A stretch of 64,000 bases of DNA. It comes from Octopus sinensis (lineage: Eukaryota). Below, piece after piece: positions 1-12,798 of this stretch. Position numbers and translations under genes: made by a program. Each line of letters begins with the position of its first letter. Position 1 is the stretch's first letter. The DNA lies in NCBI RefSeq assembly GCF_006345805.1, contig NC_042997.1, positions 152,396,001 to 152,460,000 of the forward strand, given 5' to 3'. Under the pieces are notes generated by a model. That model made no database searches. It was not told the DNA's origin and saw only the letters and a list, made by a program, of their open reading frames with translations.

Positions 1-724
1 ATAGCCATTTTGTTTTTCTTACTTCCTGGGTTTTTGGGAAATAGTAGTGTCCTTGGTTTTTGCAAGCATTCCTTAACAGGTAAGAATGATGGCATTGATG
101 TTCCTTCTGGACTTATTGCAAGTCAACACTTGTGAGAAAGCACTGAACAGGGAGGGCTAAGTTTTTAGGAAAGGATTAGATGTAGGGATTAGTACAAGGC
201 TTGGAGGATGAACACAGCAAGGATAAGTGACAAAGGCTTGGAAGATGAACTCAGCAAGGACAACAAGTGACAAATGGGTCGAGAATAGGTGAGAAGATGT
301 AGCATGAGCTCAACCATCTCTGACAAGCAGAGGCCATTACAAGAGTAGTAGTAGAAAAGGCAAAGAATGGATAACAGGTACTTGTGGCCAGAAGCTGGAG
401 TATGTCTGTAACTTTATGCCAATTAGTCAGGTGGTGCTTTTCTGGATGCAGTCTAGAACGTTTGTGCATGCATCAGCAGCACCATCTCAGATGTTGGAGT
501 CTTACTTCATTATGGACTTCACCCAAACTTTGTAGTTTGTCACTTGTAGGGAACTGAAGTATCTTCTAGCCCAGATGATCTGGGTCAGTTGCTGGGATGC
601 AGTCTTAGGTATGTTAAGGATGTGCTTTTGTCAGGAGAGATCCTCACTACTGCAGTCCAACATTTAGAGAGCAATTATAAGGGCTTTAGTTAGCTGCTAC
701 TCTTCTCATTTAATTTTTTATCTC

Positions 725-726
<2 letters not shown>

Positions 727-762
<36 letters not shown>

Positions 763-960
763 GATTATCATTTAACATGTGTTTCTCATGCTGACATGGG
801 CTAGACAGTTTGACAGGAGCTGGCAAGCCTGAGTAATGCAGCAAACTCTAGTGTGTCTACCTTGGCATAGTTTCTACAGCTGAATGCTCTTCTTAATGTT
901 AGCCACTATACTGAGTATACTGGGAGCTTTTTACATGGTGCTACTATTTTTTACAAGGTG
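727..960 (-). mobile_element. SINE-like repeat with (GAT)n tail (family C; further copies near 2131, 4449, 7610, 23985, 25540)
   Basis: Recurrent (CAT)n-TTTAACGTCC..TTCCATGCTAGCATGGGTTGGAC...GGATGCCCTTCCTAA motif seen many times in the window. Confidence 0.75.
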
Positions 961-1461
961 CTTTTAATGTAGAGTCAGTAAAGTTAGCTGTAACATAAAT
1001 GAAATTCATGATTTTTGGAATATCTGAATACTGCAGGGAGAAGAGGAATATTTGTATAAGAGAGGAAAAATATTTCTCAATAGTTGAATAATTTCTTTCA
1101 TCTCAGGTGATGAGTCTTGAAACATTAGCTTCTTTCTTCTTGTTGCCATGACCTTATCCAAATTTATCCAAGCTCATGAATTTCATAGTATAATGATTAC
1201 CAATGCATAATATTGCCAGTTTCCTTACACTGTGTTTTATACTAGTAACATAATATACTCCCATTCTTCCTTGCAGATGTTTGGACTTCTTTCTATGTAA
1301 GCTGATAGAAATGATAAAATAAGTAATTCAGAGATAGTGCCTCTACATGAAAAATAATTAAGTAGCGTTATCATAATTATTACAAGGATAGTTAAAAAGT
1401 TAACCAGAAATAGTTAAGAAACAAAGAGCAATGTTAATCAATGATTAATATTATTTTCCTA

Positions 1462-2125
1462 GAACAAGGCAATGAATTGGCAGAATCTTTAGCATGCCAG
1501 GCAAAATACTTGAGTGGTATTTAGTCTGTCTTTATGTTCTGAGTTCAAATTCCTTCAAGGTCGACTTTGCTTTTCATCCTTTCAGGTTCAAGAAAATAAG
1601 CACCAGTCGAGCACTAGGGTCATTGTAAATGACTTACCCACTACCTCAAACTAACTGGCTTTGTGCCAAAAGTTGAAACCATCATTATTATTATTCTTTT
1701 CTACTCTAGGTACAAGGGCCGAAATTTTAGGGAAGGGGGCCAGTTGATTAGATCGACCCCAGTATGTAACTGGTACTTAATTTATCGACCCTGAAAGGAT
1801 GAAAAGCAAAGTTGACCTTGATGGAATTTGAACTCAGAACATAAAGACTTGAAATACCACCAAGCATTTCGCCTGGCATGCTAACGATTCTGCCAGCTCG
1901 CTGCCTTACCATCATTATTATTATTCTTTTCAACTCTAGTCACAAGGCCCAAAATTTTGGTGGAGGGGGCCAGTTGATTAGATCGACCCCAGTATGCAAC
2001 TGGTACTTAATTTATCACCCCTGAAAGGATGAAAGGCAAAGTCAACCTCGGCAGAATTTGAACTCAGAACCGCTGAGCATTTCGCCCGGCATGCTAATGT
2101 TTTGTACCAGCTCGCTGCCTTACCA
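1462..2125. mobile_element. Cluster of three tRNA-derived SINE copies (family B, MetaSINE-like core): + at 1462-1685, - at 1697-1905 and 1932-2125
   Basis: Core GTTCTGAGTTCAAATTCC..GGTCGACTTTGCCTTTCATCCTTTCGGGGTCGATAAAATAAGTACCAG recurs more than ten times in the window. The MetaSINE label is from memory. Confidence 0.8.
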
Positions 2126-2423
2126 TTATTCATCATCATCATCATCATCATCATCGTTTAACGTCCGTTTTCCATGCTAGCATGGGTTGGACGATTCAAC
2201 TGGGGTCTGGGAAGCCAGTAGGCTGCGCCAGGCCCAGTCTGATCTGGCAGTGTTTCTTCTTCTTCTTCTTCTTATTATTATTATTATTGTCTTTTTTTTT
2301 TCCTCTTCTTTCAAATTTGCTTCCATTTCTTGCCGAGTGTCTTCCCGACTCCTAGGGCAAAGAGACTCATAGTATACATTGGTAGGCCATTAAACTAAAC
2401 TCACTAGTTCGTTCTTCTTCTTC

Positions 2424-2470
<47 letters not shown>

Positions 2471-2472
<2 letters not shown>

Positions 2473-2685
2473 GGTGGTGAACTGTCAGAATTGTTGGCAT
2501 GCTGGGCAAAATACTTTGTGGCATTTTGTCTGTTTTTATGTTCTGAGTTCAAATTCTTCCAAGGTTGACTTTGCCTTTCATTCTTTCGGGTCAATAAAAT
2601 AAGTACCAGTTGAGCACTGGAGTCGATGTAATTGACTTACCCACTTACCCAAACTTGCTGGCCTTGTGCCAAAATTTGAAACCAA
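2471..2685 (+). mobile_element. Family B SINE copy, CpG-decayed
   Basis: Same core motif, with TG/CA at positions where copies after 32 kb have CG. Confidence 0.8.
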
Positions 2686-3409
2686 TATCATTTTCATAGA
2701 ATGTCTTTAAATAATTTGTGTGATCCCTCAACAGTCTGTGTCCAAAATTTCACAAAATCAACTTTGCCTTAGTATTGCCAGGATTGTTAAAGTGTTATTA
2801 ATCAGTTGTGGCTTTTTACATAGTTCAAATCCCACCACAGTCAACTTTGCCTTCCATCCCTATTGGGCCAATAAAATAAATTACCATTCAAGTACTGTGT
2901 TTGGTCTTCTTTTCAACTGACATTCATGTCTTCCAGGCTTGAAAAAGCCTAGAAGACATGAATGCCAGTTGAAATGAGAATTCCACATGAAATGAGAATT
3001 TCACATGAATTTTCTTAATGCTGCTTGTGATTTAAGGGCAAATGAAAGTGTAAACAAGTGCTTCTCCTAGCAGATGGTACCACTCTCTATGGAGCAATGG
3101 AAAATATATAATGGGCATTTGGGACAAAGGGAGCAATAGTGGGAGACTATTTTAAATGTCCTAATTTTCAAAAGTATTTTTCAATTGTGTATTGTTTGTG
3201 CAAATCATCTGGTAACATTAGTGGTAAAAAATATTCTGCCAAGGTTGACTTTGCCTTTCATCCTTTTGGAATTGATAAAATAAGTACCAGTTGAACCATG
3301 GGATTGATGTAATTGACTTAATTCTTCCCTGGAATTGATGGTCTTGTGACAAAATTTGAAGCCAATATTAGTGGTAAAAGTATTGATTTGATATTCTATA
3401 TTATATTAA

Positions 3410-3940
3410 TGGGTGATGTTCAGGGAATGTGGAGTGCTGTTATGTGGGAAAATGGTCTCATTGAAGATGGAAGGAAGAGTCTATAGGAGTTGCGTGAGAG
3501 CTGCAATGCTGTATGGGAGTGAGACATGGTGTTTGAGGGAGAGAGAGATGGTAATTTTGGGAAGGACTGAGAGAGCAATGGTGAGAGAAATGTGTGGAGT
3601 GAAGCTGTTTGATAGGAGGAGGATTGAGGACTTGATGGGGATGCTGGGATTGGAGGAATCAGTGGAACAGCTGGCAAGGGCAAATGGAGTGCAGTGGTTT
3701 GGGCATGTGTTGAGGAGGGATGAGGAGCATGTTCTGAGGAGGATGCTTGAGTTTCAGGTAAATGGACCAAGAAAGTGAGGAAAATGTGAATAAGGAGATT
3801 AGGAGGGTTGGCTTGAGAAGGGAGAATGCCCAAAACATGGCGAGATGGTGTGAGGGTGGTTGCTATGGCAGTGAGGTAGATCTGACCACCCCCATTAACG
3901 GGGGCAGAACCTGGATTCAAAACTCTGGATGATGATGATT
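3410..3940 (+). mobile_element. RTE-clade LINE, 5'-truncated 3' end
   Basis: ORF 3413-3778 contains RAAMLYGSETW...QWFGHVLRR...GPRK, typical of the RTE RT C-terminus; ends in a (GAT)n tail. Confidence 0.9.
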
Positions 3941-4938
3941 AATGGTGAATGACCTGTTGGTAGCAATTTATGAGTGTATTTAATTTTGTTAAATAATAGC
4001 ATTATGGCATTGAAAGAGTATTAGTGAACGACAGAAGTGTGGTAGTTTAAAAAAATTTGAGAATCATTGGTGTAAACCCCAACATCCACAGTATTCTTGT
4101 GAGGGGTTGAAACACTGAATATTTGGACTTTAAAAGACATTGGCAGAATAGTGCTACACAATATTTTATTTTTGCATTTCCTTTGCAAGATTCTTGATGT
4201 GAATTCATGTCTTGAAACAGCTTTCCACCTTTACATACAACAAAATACTACACAAATACTGCAATTTACAAGAAGTTAGAACTTTATCTTTTGTCACACT
4301 AGGATTGATGAAATACTATAACTGTTATATATTGGTGTTGATTTAATCATCATCAGTTGAATATTTTTCCTAAAATATTAACCAAATGCTGGAAGTGAAT
4401 ACTTCAGACTAACAAAGTCTAAGTCCAGCAGAGTCACTGTGAATTAAAATCATCATCATTTAACGTCCGTTTTTCATGCTAGCATGGGTTGGACAGCTCG
4501 ACCAGGGTCTGGTAAGCCACGGAGGCTGCACCAGGCTCCAGTCTGGTTTGGCAGTGTTTCTACAGCTGGATGCCCTTCCTAATGCCAACCACTCCGTGAG
4601 TGTAATGGGTGTTTTTTACTTGTAACAAAAGAAAATTCTTGATTTTTGGGAATTAAAAATTCAGTATTGGCAAAGATTATTTAATGAAGTTTACAAATTT
4701 TGATAAGTTTGATATGGGAATCTTGCCGTTTAAAGTAAGCTTATTTGTTGGAGAAAGCAAACTATCCTTTTTTTTTATTTTGTTCTCTCTCTGACAAAGG
4801 GTTTCACTTGAAGCATCAATATTCGCTTTGCATCATAGCATAGAAATTTATCCAAATCTCTTATGTTCGCTATTTGATTTTGTTGTTTGTTTGCTCTTCA
4901 CTAATGATGCTATTGTGATTATGTCTTCCTTTGTGCAG

Positions 4939-5002
4939 GATACGTAGTGAAATGGATGAACCAAACAGCAAACTCATGGGTTCTTATGGCTATTGCTCAC
5001 AG
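4939..5002 (+). CDS. MINDY4: MINDY4/FAM188B exon (first visible; upstream exons lie outside the window)
   Basis: ttgtgcag|G...CAG|gtacag splice sites. Encodes IRSEMDEPNSKLMGSYGYCSQ, matching the recalled MINDY4 segment [21 protein letters not shown]. Confidence 0.9.
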
Positions 5003-5955
5003 GTACAGAATACATTTTATGTGTAGCTCTCTTGGAATGGTAAATAGCACTGGTGAGTGAGAGCACTACTACAACTACTAACACTGCTCTTCCCACTGCT
5101 ACCATTTATGCTATTACTAATATTACTACTACCACTCCTATTAACACCTTGTTTTGTTACCATCACCACCAATCTCTGCCACCGCAACCACTATTAACAT
5201 TTCTATTACTATCACTGTAATCTCTGCTAAGTGAAGGCTACCATTTACCCATCTCTACTACTACTACTTCTCCTCTTCCACCTCCTCCTCCTCCTCCTCC
5301 ACCACCACCACCACACCACCACCACCACTACTACTACTATTACTACTAACAAAACCACTTTCGCTATAACATCCCCAAAGGGATTTGCCCCCCTCCCCTA
5401 GTGATTGCTATTGCAGCTGTTCTTGTTAACACTGTTATGATACTGGGAAATTGAATGCTTGGGTTTGCATATACCACTTTGCTTGTCACAATATCTGTTA
5501 ATTCATCACCAACCCTTCCTTTAATTCTCGTTAGGCCTTGTGGAATGAAAGCAGTTTTGTCTCTTTGTTTCTTTGTTTTCATGCTATAATATGAAGATAT
5601 TGCACCTGTGAGATGTCATCTGTTGCAAATAACTAGCTGCTTTCACTATTGCCATCACTTTTATTACTTCAACCACCTTTTTTACTTCAGCCAATTAAAA
5701 AGCTTCTATACTGTAACTGACCTGTTAGAAATACCAGTACAAAACTATCAAATAGTATTCTATCATCCTGCAAATGAACACAAGTGATAGTGCACTGCTA
5801 GATATATATATAGTGTCTAGAAAAAAAGTGAAAGTTACAGTTAGAATGCGTCTTTTTAAAATAAGCTGTGCTTATGGGTTTCGTAGGTCCTCTCCAACTT
5901 GTGATCAGTTTTACTGACTAGGGTATGTTAGTGGTGTCTATGTTCTGTACAGAGT

Positions 5956-6245
5956 GGAGGCACATGGCCTAGTGGTTAGAGCAGCGGACTCGCAGTCGAG
6001 GGATCATGGGTTCGAATCTCAGACCGGGTGATGTGTATATTTATGAGCGAAACGCCTAAGCTCCATGCAGCTCCGGCAGAAGGTAATGGTGAACTTCTGT
6101 TGACTCTTTCTCCACAGCTTTCTCTCACTCTTTCCTCCTGCATCTTGCAGCTCATCTGTGACGGATTGGCATCCTGTCCAAGTGGGGAACCTATACGCCA
6201 AGGAAACCGGCCCTTATGAGCCAGGCATGGCTCGAGAAGGAAAAA
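5956..6245 (+). mobile_element. tRNA-headed SINE (family D)
   Basis: Head GAGGCACATGGCCTAGTGGTTAGAGCAGCGGACTCG...GGTTCGAATC with A/B-box-like motifs; homologous to copies at 42183, 47491 and 55459. Confidence 0.8.
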
Positions 6246-6609
6246 TTGTTCTGTACAGGACTTCCCATTTTGGTGAGATTGATTCTGTTGATGTTCAGAT
6301 TAAACATCTAAATATCAGTAGCTATTGTTAAAAGACAAAAGAACTTGAGCCGGCAGGTAACTATATGAGATTGTAGTATTTTGGGAGGGAAAAGCTGTGC
6401 AAAGTGTTTTGTTTGTTGGGTCTTAGAGGCAGGACGTAAAGGTAAAGGAAGAGAAAAAGACGATATTGAGCTTGAGTGGATAGAGGTATGCAGCTAAATA
6501 GTTCAGGAGTACAGAAGCCATTGTAGTAATGATAGAAGATGCAGAAAGAAGGAATAGCATATCTCTGAGCTTGTGGTTAAAAGATGCTGGTAGGTGAATT
6601 GTTGCTGAT

Positions 6610-7290
6610 ACAAATACCTAGAAATAGTGACTTAATTTTCCAGAAGAAAACATTGCCATATTAAAAAAGGAAGGAAGGACAGGGATAATGGATTTAAAAA
6701 TGTGCTGTCTTTGAGAAAAAGCTGAATGCTCACAACTAGAACTCCTTTGGTTAGAAGCCTGATGATCTGAGCTGACTTGGAGTTAAACAACAACAACACC
6801 ACCTATCTCCTCCCCAAATAACAATAACAACAAGAACAGTGTTATGATATGATGAAGTAGCTTCTACATAGTTGTACCATTGACTGGAAACTAACCAAAT
6901 CTACCTCGGATAATGCTCAAAAATCTTGAATAAAAAAAGCAAGAACACATTAAGCAATGCAGTCTTAGATAACCCTACCAAGGCAGGTTAGTCACAACTG
7001 AAATATCTTTGATCATAGGTCTACTCGAACAATGCTGACCGAGGGCTAAACAACTATTTCAATGTCTCTGTGGTATTTATGACCTGCTGGAAATAGTAGC
7101 CAAATCTCTTTCAAATTACAGACTACTGTTTTGAAAAATCTACATTTTAGATTGGATACTGTATCTTTGTTAGAAATGTAATTGCTGAGAAAATAACAGG
7201 ATGGTCATGTTTGGAATGTATTTGATCATGGGTTTGCTTAATCAGGACTGCGAACCTGGGACTAACCAAAAGCAACAATAATAACAACAT
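6610..7290 (+). repeat. Three adjacent copies of a dispersed repeat with (AAC)n tail (family E)
   Basis: CTGGAAATAGCAGCCAAATCTC...CCTTTGATCATAGGT...GGGCTAAACAACAAC-like units; relatives near 16050, 24320, 50340, 52440 and 63560. Confidence 0.65.
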
Positions 7291-7357
7291 CGCTAGTATT
7301 CTAGGACATTGTGTAACTGTGTATTGTATTTTATATTACTTGTTAAACTCATTTCAG

Positions 7358-7519
7358 GAGGTTGTGAACCTTTTTGTTACTGGAAATGCTGTATCCAATG
7401 TATTTGACAACAAGATGGAACTGGATTCTGGCACAGAGAATGTAACAGTGCTAAGAGGTATCCAGCACCCGAGTGATATTGGGTTCCTGTCATTGTTTGA
7501 GCATTACAACAACACCAAG
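7358..7519 (+). CDS. MINDY4: MINDY4/FAM188B exon
   Basis: atttcag|GAG...AAG|gtaag, 162 nt. Encodes [54 protein letters not shown] (MINDY4 motifs G.AVSNVF and [12 protein letters not shown]). Confidence 0.96.
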
Positions 7520-8529
7520 GTAAGAGATTTTGTTTACACATTTTCATTACATTTGTATCACCATCATCATCATCGTCGTCATAATCATCATCACCACCAC
7601 TCCATCATCATCAAACATCCATTTTCCGTGCTGGCATGGATTAGACGGTTTGACCAGAGCTGGTAAGCTGGAGAGCTGCACCAGGCTCCAGTCTGTTTTG
7701 GCTTGTTTTCTATGGCCAGATGCCCTTCCTAACACCAACCAAACCACAGAGTGTACTAGGCGCCTTTCATATGTCATCAGCATGGGTGCCTTTTATGTGT
7801 CACTGGCACAGGTGCCTTTTACATGTCACCAGCATGGGTGCCTTTCATGTGTCACCAGCATAGGCAAGGTTTACATATCATTGGCACTGGCCACAACCAT
7901 GATTTCATTTAGCTTCATATCTTTTCTCAAGCACAATAAATCACCAAAAGTGTTGGTCGCTTTTCATTGCCTCCATGACAAGTGATCCTATAATGCTTAT
8001 TCTTTATAGTTCTTGACTGTTTAACTACTATACTCTTCTAGGAAAAAAAAAACTTTAATCTTGGTTGAGATCTGAAGATTCTTTATATATGACCAACATT
8101 ATTGCACACAGGCAGTCATAAACTATGTCAGTTGTTGAAGAATTATTGATGTTGGCAAGCCTATATTTGCTGCCCACCTCATCTTGCATCTTTGATTCCC
8201 CATCTCATCTGCCTATTGTTGATCCTACTCTCTTTTGACCATCACTCCAAGTCCTCTGTCTCTCATTTTCCACCACTTGTACTGACTAAATTGCTCTCAT
8301 CACTCTGAGTCCATCATATATCATTTTATATCATCTCCTGTATCGATACACTCTAAGTTTGCCCTTCTGTACAGCATGTTATCACACTCTCTTTTAGTCA
8401 CTTCTATTGCCACTCATTTATCTCATCGCCCATTCTTACTTTTGTCCACTTCTGCTTTTACAAATCACTCCCCTCCACAAACTAACTCCTTAAGTAACCC
8501 TGCTGGTTTTTGCAGTCATATTTCTTGAT

Positions 8530-9065
8530 GTTAGTATTTTTGGCATTTTTTAAAATTAAATGATCTTCCTGCTTTCTTTTGATTTCTGCTTCACATTTTC
8601 TGTCTTCTGATAGCATACATCTCAGCTTTATTATCTTCAGTGTCAGTTCAACAGGCTTTGCCTGTTGTAATATTCATATCTGATTGCATACATCTCTGAT
8701 ATATTATCTTTAGTGTCAGTTCGACAGGCTTTCCCTCATTCTTAATATTTATCATTGGTATTTGTTGTTGCTTGCTGATTACCATCGGTTTTGTTTTCTT
8801 TACATTAATTTCTAGTCCATAGAGCATTCCTTTGTCATTAAAGTGGTTATAAGGTTCTGTTGAAACTTAATAAGACAATTTCTCCTACATATATAAAGTT
8901 GTTGATGTCAATACCTTCTATTGATTCTCTTGCCATGAGCTCTAACATCCCTGAAGATCTTCTCAGTGTAGATATTAAATAGGCTAGGGGATAATACACA
9001 GTCTTGCCTGACTCATTTCCTATATTCAAATTCTGAAGTTTTTCTCCAGTCAAGTTTTACCATTG
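8530..9065 (-). mobile_element. RTE/RTE-X-like LINE remnant, RT portion
   Basis: The minus strand reads GVRQDCVLSPSLFNIYTEK (RT motif QGCVLSP.LFN.Y), with stops and frameshifts. Confidence 0.75.
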
Positions 9066-9133
9066 CTGATTGTCCCCAATATATTTTTGTTATTGTCTGG
9101 CAATCATTCTCATTTGTCCCAAATGCTGATATA

Positions 9134-9683
9134 TGAGGTCTGAACAAAAAGTATTGGAACTGGTGCTAAAAAAAGGCAACTATACACATATCAATTTGGC
9201 ATTTAGTCTCTTTTGAAGGAGCCCCTTTCTGAAGCTACACACTTTATCCAGTATCATTTCCATTGAGGGAAGCATTCCTGGAAATCCCTTTTTGGGATAG
9301 CAAGCAATACCTTGTCACATTCTCTTGGATTTCTTCAATGTCTTGAAATCTTGTTGAATTCTTCCACTGCAAAGACTGAGCCTTGGTTTCAGGGTGATAG
9401 ACCTATGATTCATCGCTTCTTATAACCATTTTAAAGAGGTTTTCGTCTTCATCGAAACAATAAAGATGTTCCTACACAGCTGAATCCTGATCCTTTTGAA
9501 ATGACCACACTCAACACATATTACTTCCAAGTACTACTATAAACAACAGAAGTGAATGAGAATGTTATAACTTAATGTGTGTGTGCAACAGAGTTCAAGA
9601 TCAGTCTGTGTCAAACTGCTTTACTCTATGTACTTTAGCTCTGTACCATAACAACAGTCCTGGTACTTTTTGATCAGACCTCA
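9134..9683 (-). mobile_element. Internally deleted mariner element
   Basis: TIRs TGAGGTCTGAACAAAAAGTATTGGAACTG / CAGTCCTGGTACTTTTTGATCAGACCTCA after TA. The minus strand gives DFQECFPQWK*YWIKCVAS (mariner transposase C-terminus). Confidence 0.8.
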
Positions 9684-9730
9684 CTTTTGTATGTTTTACT
9701 CTGTTAAATGCTTAGTTTACTCTCTCTCTC

Positions 9731-10085
9731 TTTACTCTTTTACTTGTTTCAGTCATTTGACTGCGGCCATGCTGGAGCGTCGCCTTTAGTCGAGCAAATC
9801 AACCCCAGTACTTATTCTATCAGTCTCTTTTGCTGAACCGCTAAGTTACAGGGACGTACACACACCAGCATCGGTTGTCAAGCGATGTTGGGGGACAAAC
9901 ACAGACACACAAACATATCTACGATGGGCTTCTTTAAGTTTCTATCTACCAAATCCACTCACAAGGCTTTAGTCAGCCCGAGGCTATAGCAGAAGACACT
10001 TGCACAAGGTGCCACGCAGTGGGACTGAACCCGGAATCATGTGGTTGGTAAGCAAGCTACTTACCACACAGCCACTCCTGCACCT
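9731..10085 (-). mobile_element. Octopus OK/OR-type tRNA-derived SINE (family A)
   Basis: Head GCAGGAGTGGCTGTGTGGTAAG...CCGGGTTCAGTCCCACTGCGTGGCACC and tail CAGCATGG.CGCAGTCAAATGACTGAAACAAGTAAAAGAG; about ten copies in the window. Confidence 0.9.
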
Positions 10086-10569
10086 ATAGAACATTTATAT
10101 AAAACATTTATTTGTAGAGCTCTTTCACATTTAATTATTAGATTAGATATTCCTTCATGAGTTCCCATTCCCAGTCTAAGAACCACTCAGCAGTTGACTT
10201 ATTTCATCATTTATTCTTGCTGTAAATTGGATAACCTTTAGAGTAGTAAGCCTAAGGAGTCAGTTGTTATGTGGCCACTTTTATATAATCAGAAAGTTCA
10301 TCTTGGGCCATGGTCTCATTAGGCCAATTTCATGAATTCTGTCATGTACGTATTCTACCCACTGGATAGGACACCAGCCTGTTGCAGTATTACTCACTTT
10401 TGCCAGCTGAGTGGCAGCATGAAATGAACTGTTTTGATCAAGAATACATCATCTAGTTCAGTAATCAAAACATTAGTCTTATGTACATGAGTGCAACACC
10501 CTAACCACTAAACCAAGCACCTCAACACTTTCATATATTACATAAGTCTTTTTATTAGATCTAAGTTGG

Positions 10570-11420
10570 TTTTAGCCAGTGCTTTTAATGCTGTTACTGG
10601 TATTTTTGTCTGTCCTTATTGACAATCCATATTTCACTTACTCTATTGCCTTTCCTGCTTTTTTCATTTCAATTAGCAGATTCAAAATTTGGCATTGCCA
10701 GTCTCTCCTCATTATTGTACAGTTCTTTTATCTATTCAACTCGTCTAGATGCAATCTGGTCGTGATCAAACAGTATGTTTCCATTGTTATCCTTAATGTT
10801 ATCTCTTAGTCTATTCATCCATTTCTGTTTGCGTTCTCATTTATCTTATCTTACATTTCTTTAGATTTATGTTGTCCATTAAGTTTTTCAGCTATTTGAC
10901 ATTGATCATCCAGCCATTTTGTTTTGTTTCTCTTCTTTCAGGACAGATCTCTTTATTAGGGTGTTATATCTATCTTGATAATTTTTTTCTTATATTTTTT
11001 TTTTCCTTCTTTCTGTTTTAATAAAATTTCATCAATCATCTATTTTCTGTTTTTTCCTTTTTACTTATAGGTATCGTTTTCTTTACCGATATTTACTTCC
11101 AAGTTTTAATTTCCCTTCTGTTTATCCTTTGTTATAGGTTTTTTGTATGTTTTCTTTATGTAAACATTCCTATTTGTTTACATCATTCTTCTGTTTACAT
11201 TCTGTCTGATTTACCAAGTTTAAGTTTAATTGTTCTCTCTTTTAACTGTTTTCATTTTCTTAACTTTCGTTTGTGATTTCTGCTATGACTTAATTATAAT
11301 GTGAACCTATGTCTGCTCCAGGGTATATTTTTTTTGTGTAAATTTTGCATTTCTAAACCATTGGTGGATCAGTATATAGTCCTTTTAATCTTAAGTCATG
11401 TCACCTGGACTTTTCCACTT
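10570..11420 (-). mobile_element. RTE/RTE-X-like LINE remnant, endonuclease and linker portion
   Basis: The minus strand reads YPGADIGSHYN*VIAEI (APE motif YPGAD.GSDH..V) and KWLDDQCQIAEKL. Probably the same insertion as 8530-9065, split by later elements. Confidence 0.7.
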
Positions 11421-12483
11421 GCATAATTTTCTTGGTAGTGATGGAATAAAATTTTGGTCTCTGCTAAATTGTTTCTTTGCCAAAACATCCATCAGTCACC
11501 TACTTCACCTGATCCTTGTAGTGTTTTCTCTACCAACTTTTGCTTTAAAATCTCTCATAATAATTTTTTCTCCTTCAAGTGGCTGAAACCAAGATTACTT
11601 CCTAGCTATGGCTTTAAACTGCATCCAGTGCCAGAGTTCAAGGTTGGGAAGCCCTAGATATTGAGAAGAAGGCAGTTATCTGCTAGCTGACACTATTCTC
11701 ACCTCTGTTGTGATTCAGAACAGTAGCACCTTGAAGGATTTCAGATTGAATTGCATTACTAAATCACTTTAACTGAACACGAGGTCCTATGGTGTGGAAG
11801 TAGCTAGTAACCAGGTATGGTCAAACAATGACTGCGACCTTACAGGAGGAATATATGTATATATTTCAAATGTTTCACAGAAACACAGCAAATGGAAAAT
11901 TTGTAGCTAATTCCTCATCAGTCAATGTCCAAAAGATAATTACAATTTCATGCCTTTAATGTTGATATTGTTCACTTTTGGTGGTGCCAGCGATGGAAAG
12001 CCACTTGGAATAGCTGACAGACATACAGGTCCATGATTAAAACAAACACAATAGAGTAAAATAATAATATATATATACTATGAAAATTGGTCATATGGCC
12101 CCAAGACAAGCAAATATGGGGTAACATAAAATTAAATATAAAAATGTCCAGTAGAACTGGAAATAAGGAGATGGAAAGAAAGTCAGAAGCTATAAGTACA
12201 GCACAATGTGGCTGTCTGCTTTTGCAATTTTCAGGGGTACAATCAATTAAATCATGCCAGCTAAATCATACCTGTGAGTTCAAAGGCTTAAGTTTGCGTT
12301 CTCAGAAAAGGAAGTAAAAAATAAAAATCAGATTTTAGTTAAAAAAATTAGCTTTGATAATTTCTGAAATAAAAGATAATGGTACATATTGATTATGATA
12401 ATTATAATATATTTTATTACTTTATTTCATTAAACTTTTATATTTTTTGTATTTTGTTAATATGCTACATGTTTCTGTTGCAG

Positions 12484-12661
12484 GTTGGTTCTTACTATAA
12501 GAACCCCAAATATCCGATATGGATTGTGTGCAGTGAAAGTCATTTCACTGTGCTGTTTTCAATGAGTGACTCACTTGTGAAGGACAATAAGGCAGAGAAG
12601 TTTGATCTTTATTACTATGATGGGCTTGCCAAACAGCAGCAACCGATACGGCTCACCATTG
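12484..12661 (+). CDS. MINDY4: MINDY4/FAM188B exon with the catalytic His motif
   Basis: ctgttgcag|GTT...ATTG|gtagg, 178 nt. Encodes [25 protein letters not shown]...[20 protein letters not shown]; SESHF is the MINDY catalytic-His motif. Confidence 0.97.
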
Positions 12662-12798
12662 GTAGGTATATGAATTGTTGGAGAAGGAAAGGTGACAATG
12701 GTGGTGGTGGTGGTGGTGGTGGGGAGGAGGAGTTGGAGAAAGTGTGTGGATTTAGTTCTTGTAATTTGTTTTCTTTCATAAACAGCAATTTTTATCAC

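Noticed and set aside
1-700. Possible LINE coding remnant on the minus strand (ORF 251-469)
   Set aside because: Composition is suggestive, but I found no diagnostic motif; left unannotated.
1-4938. Search for the preceding MINDY4 exon
   Set aside because: AG sites at about 1107, 1277 and 3073 give no MINDY4-like peptide; the exon is probably upstream of the window.
5956-6030. tRNA-gene-like sequences (also at 42185, 47493 and 55459)
   Set aside because: They continue into shared SINE bodies, two with TSDs, and lack a proper acceptor stem, so they are SINE heads.
11860-11930. Minus-strand CTGATGA...GAAAC hammerhead-like spacing
   Set aside because: Stem II does not close next to GAAA, and there is no NUH triplet with a stem I partner.
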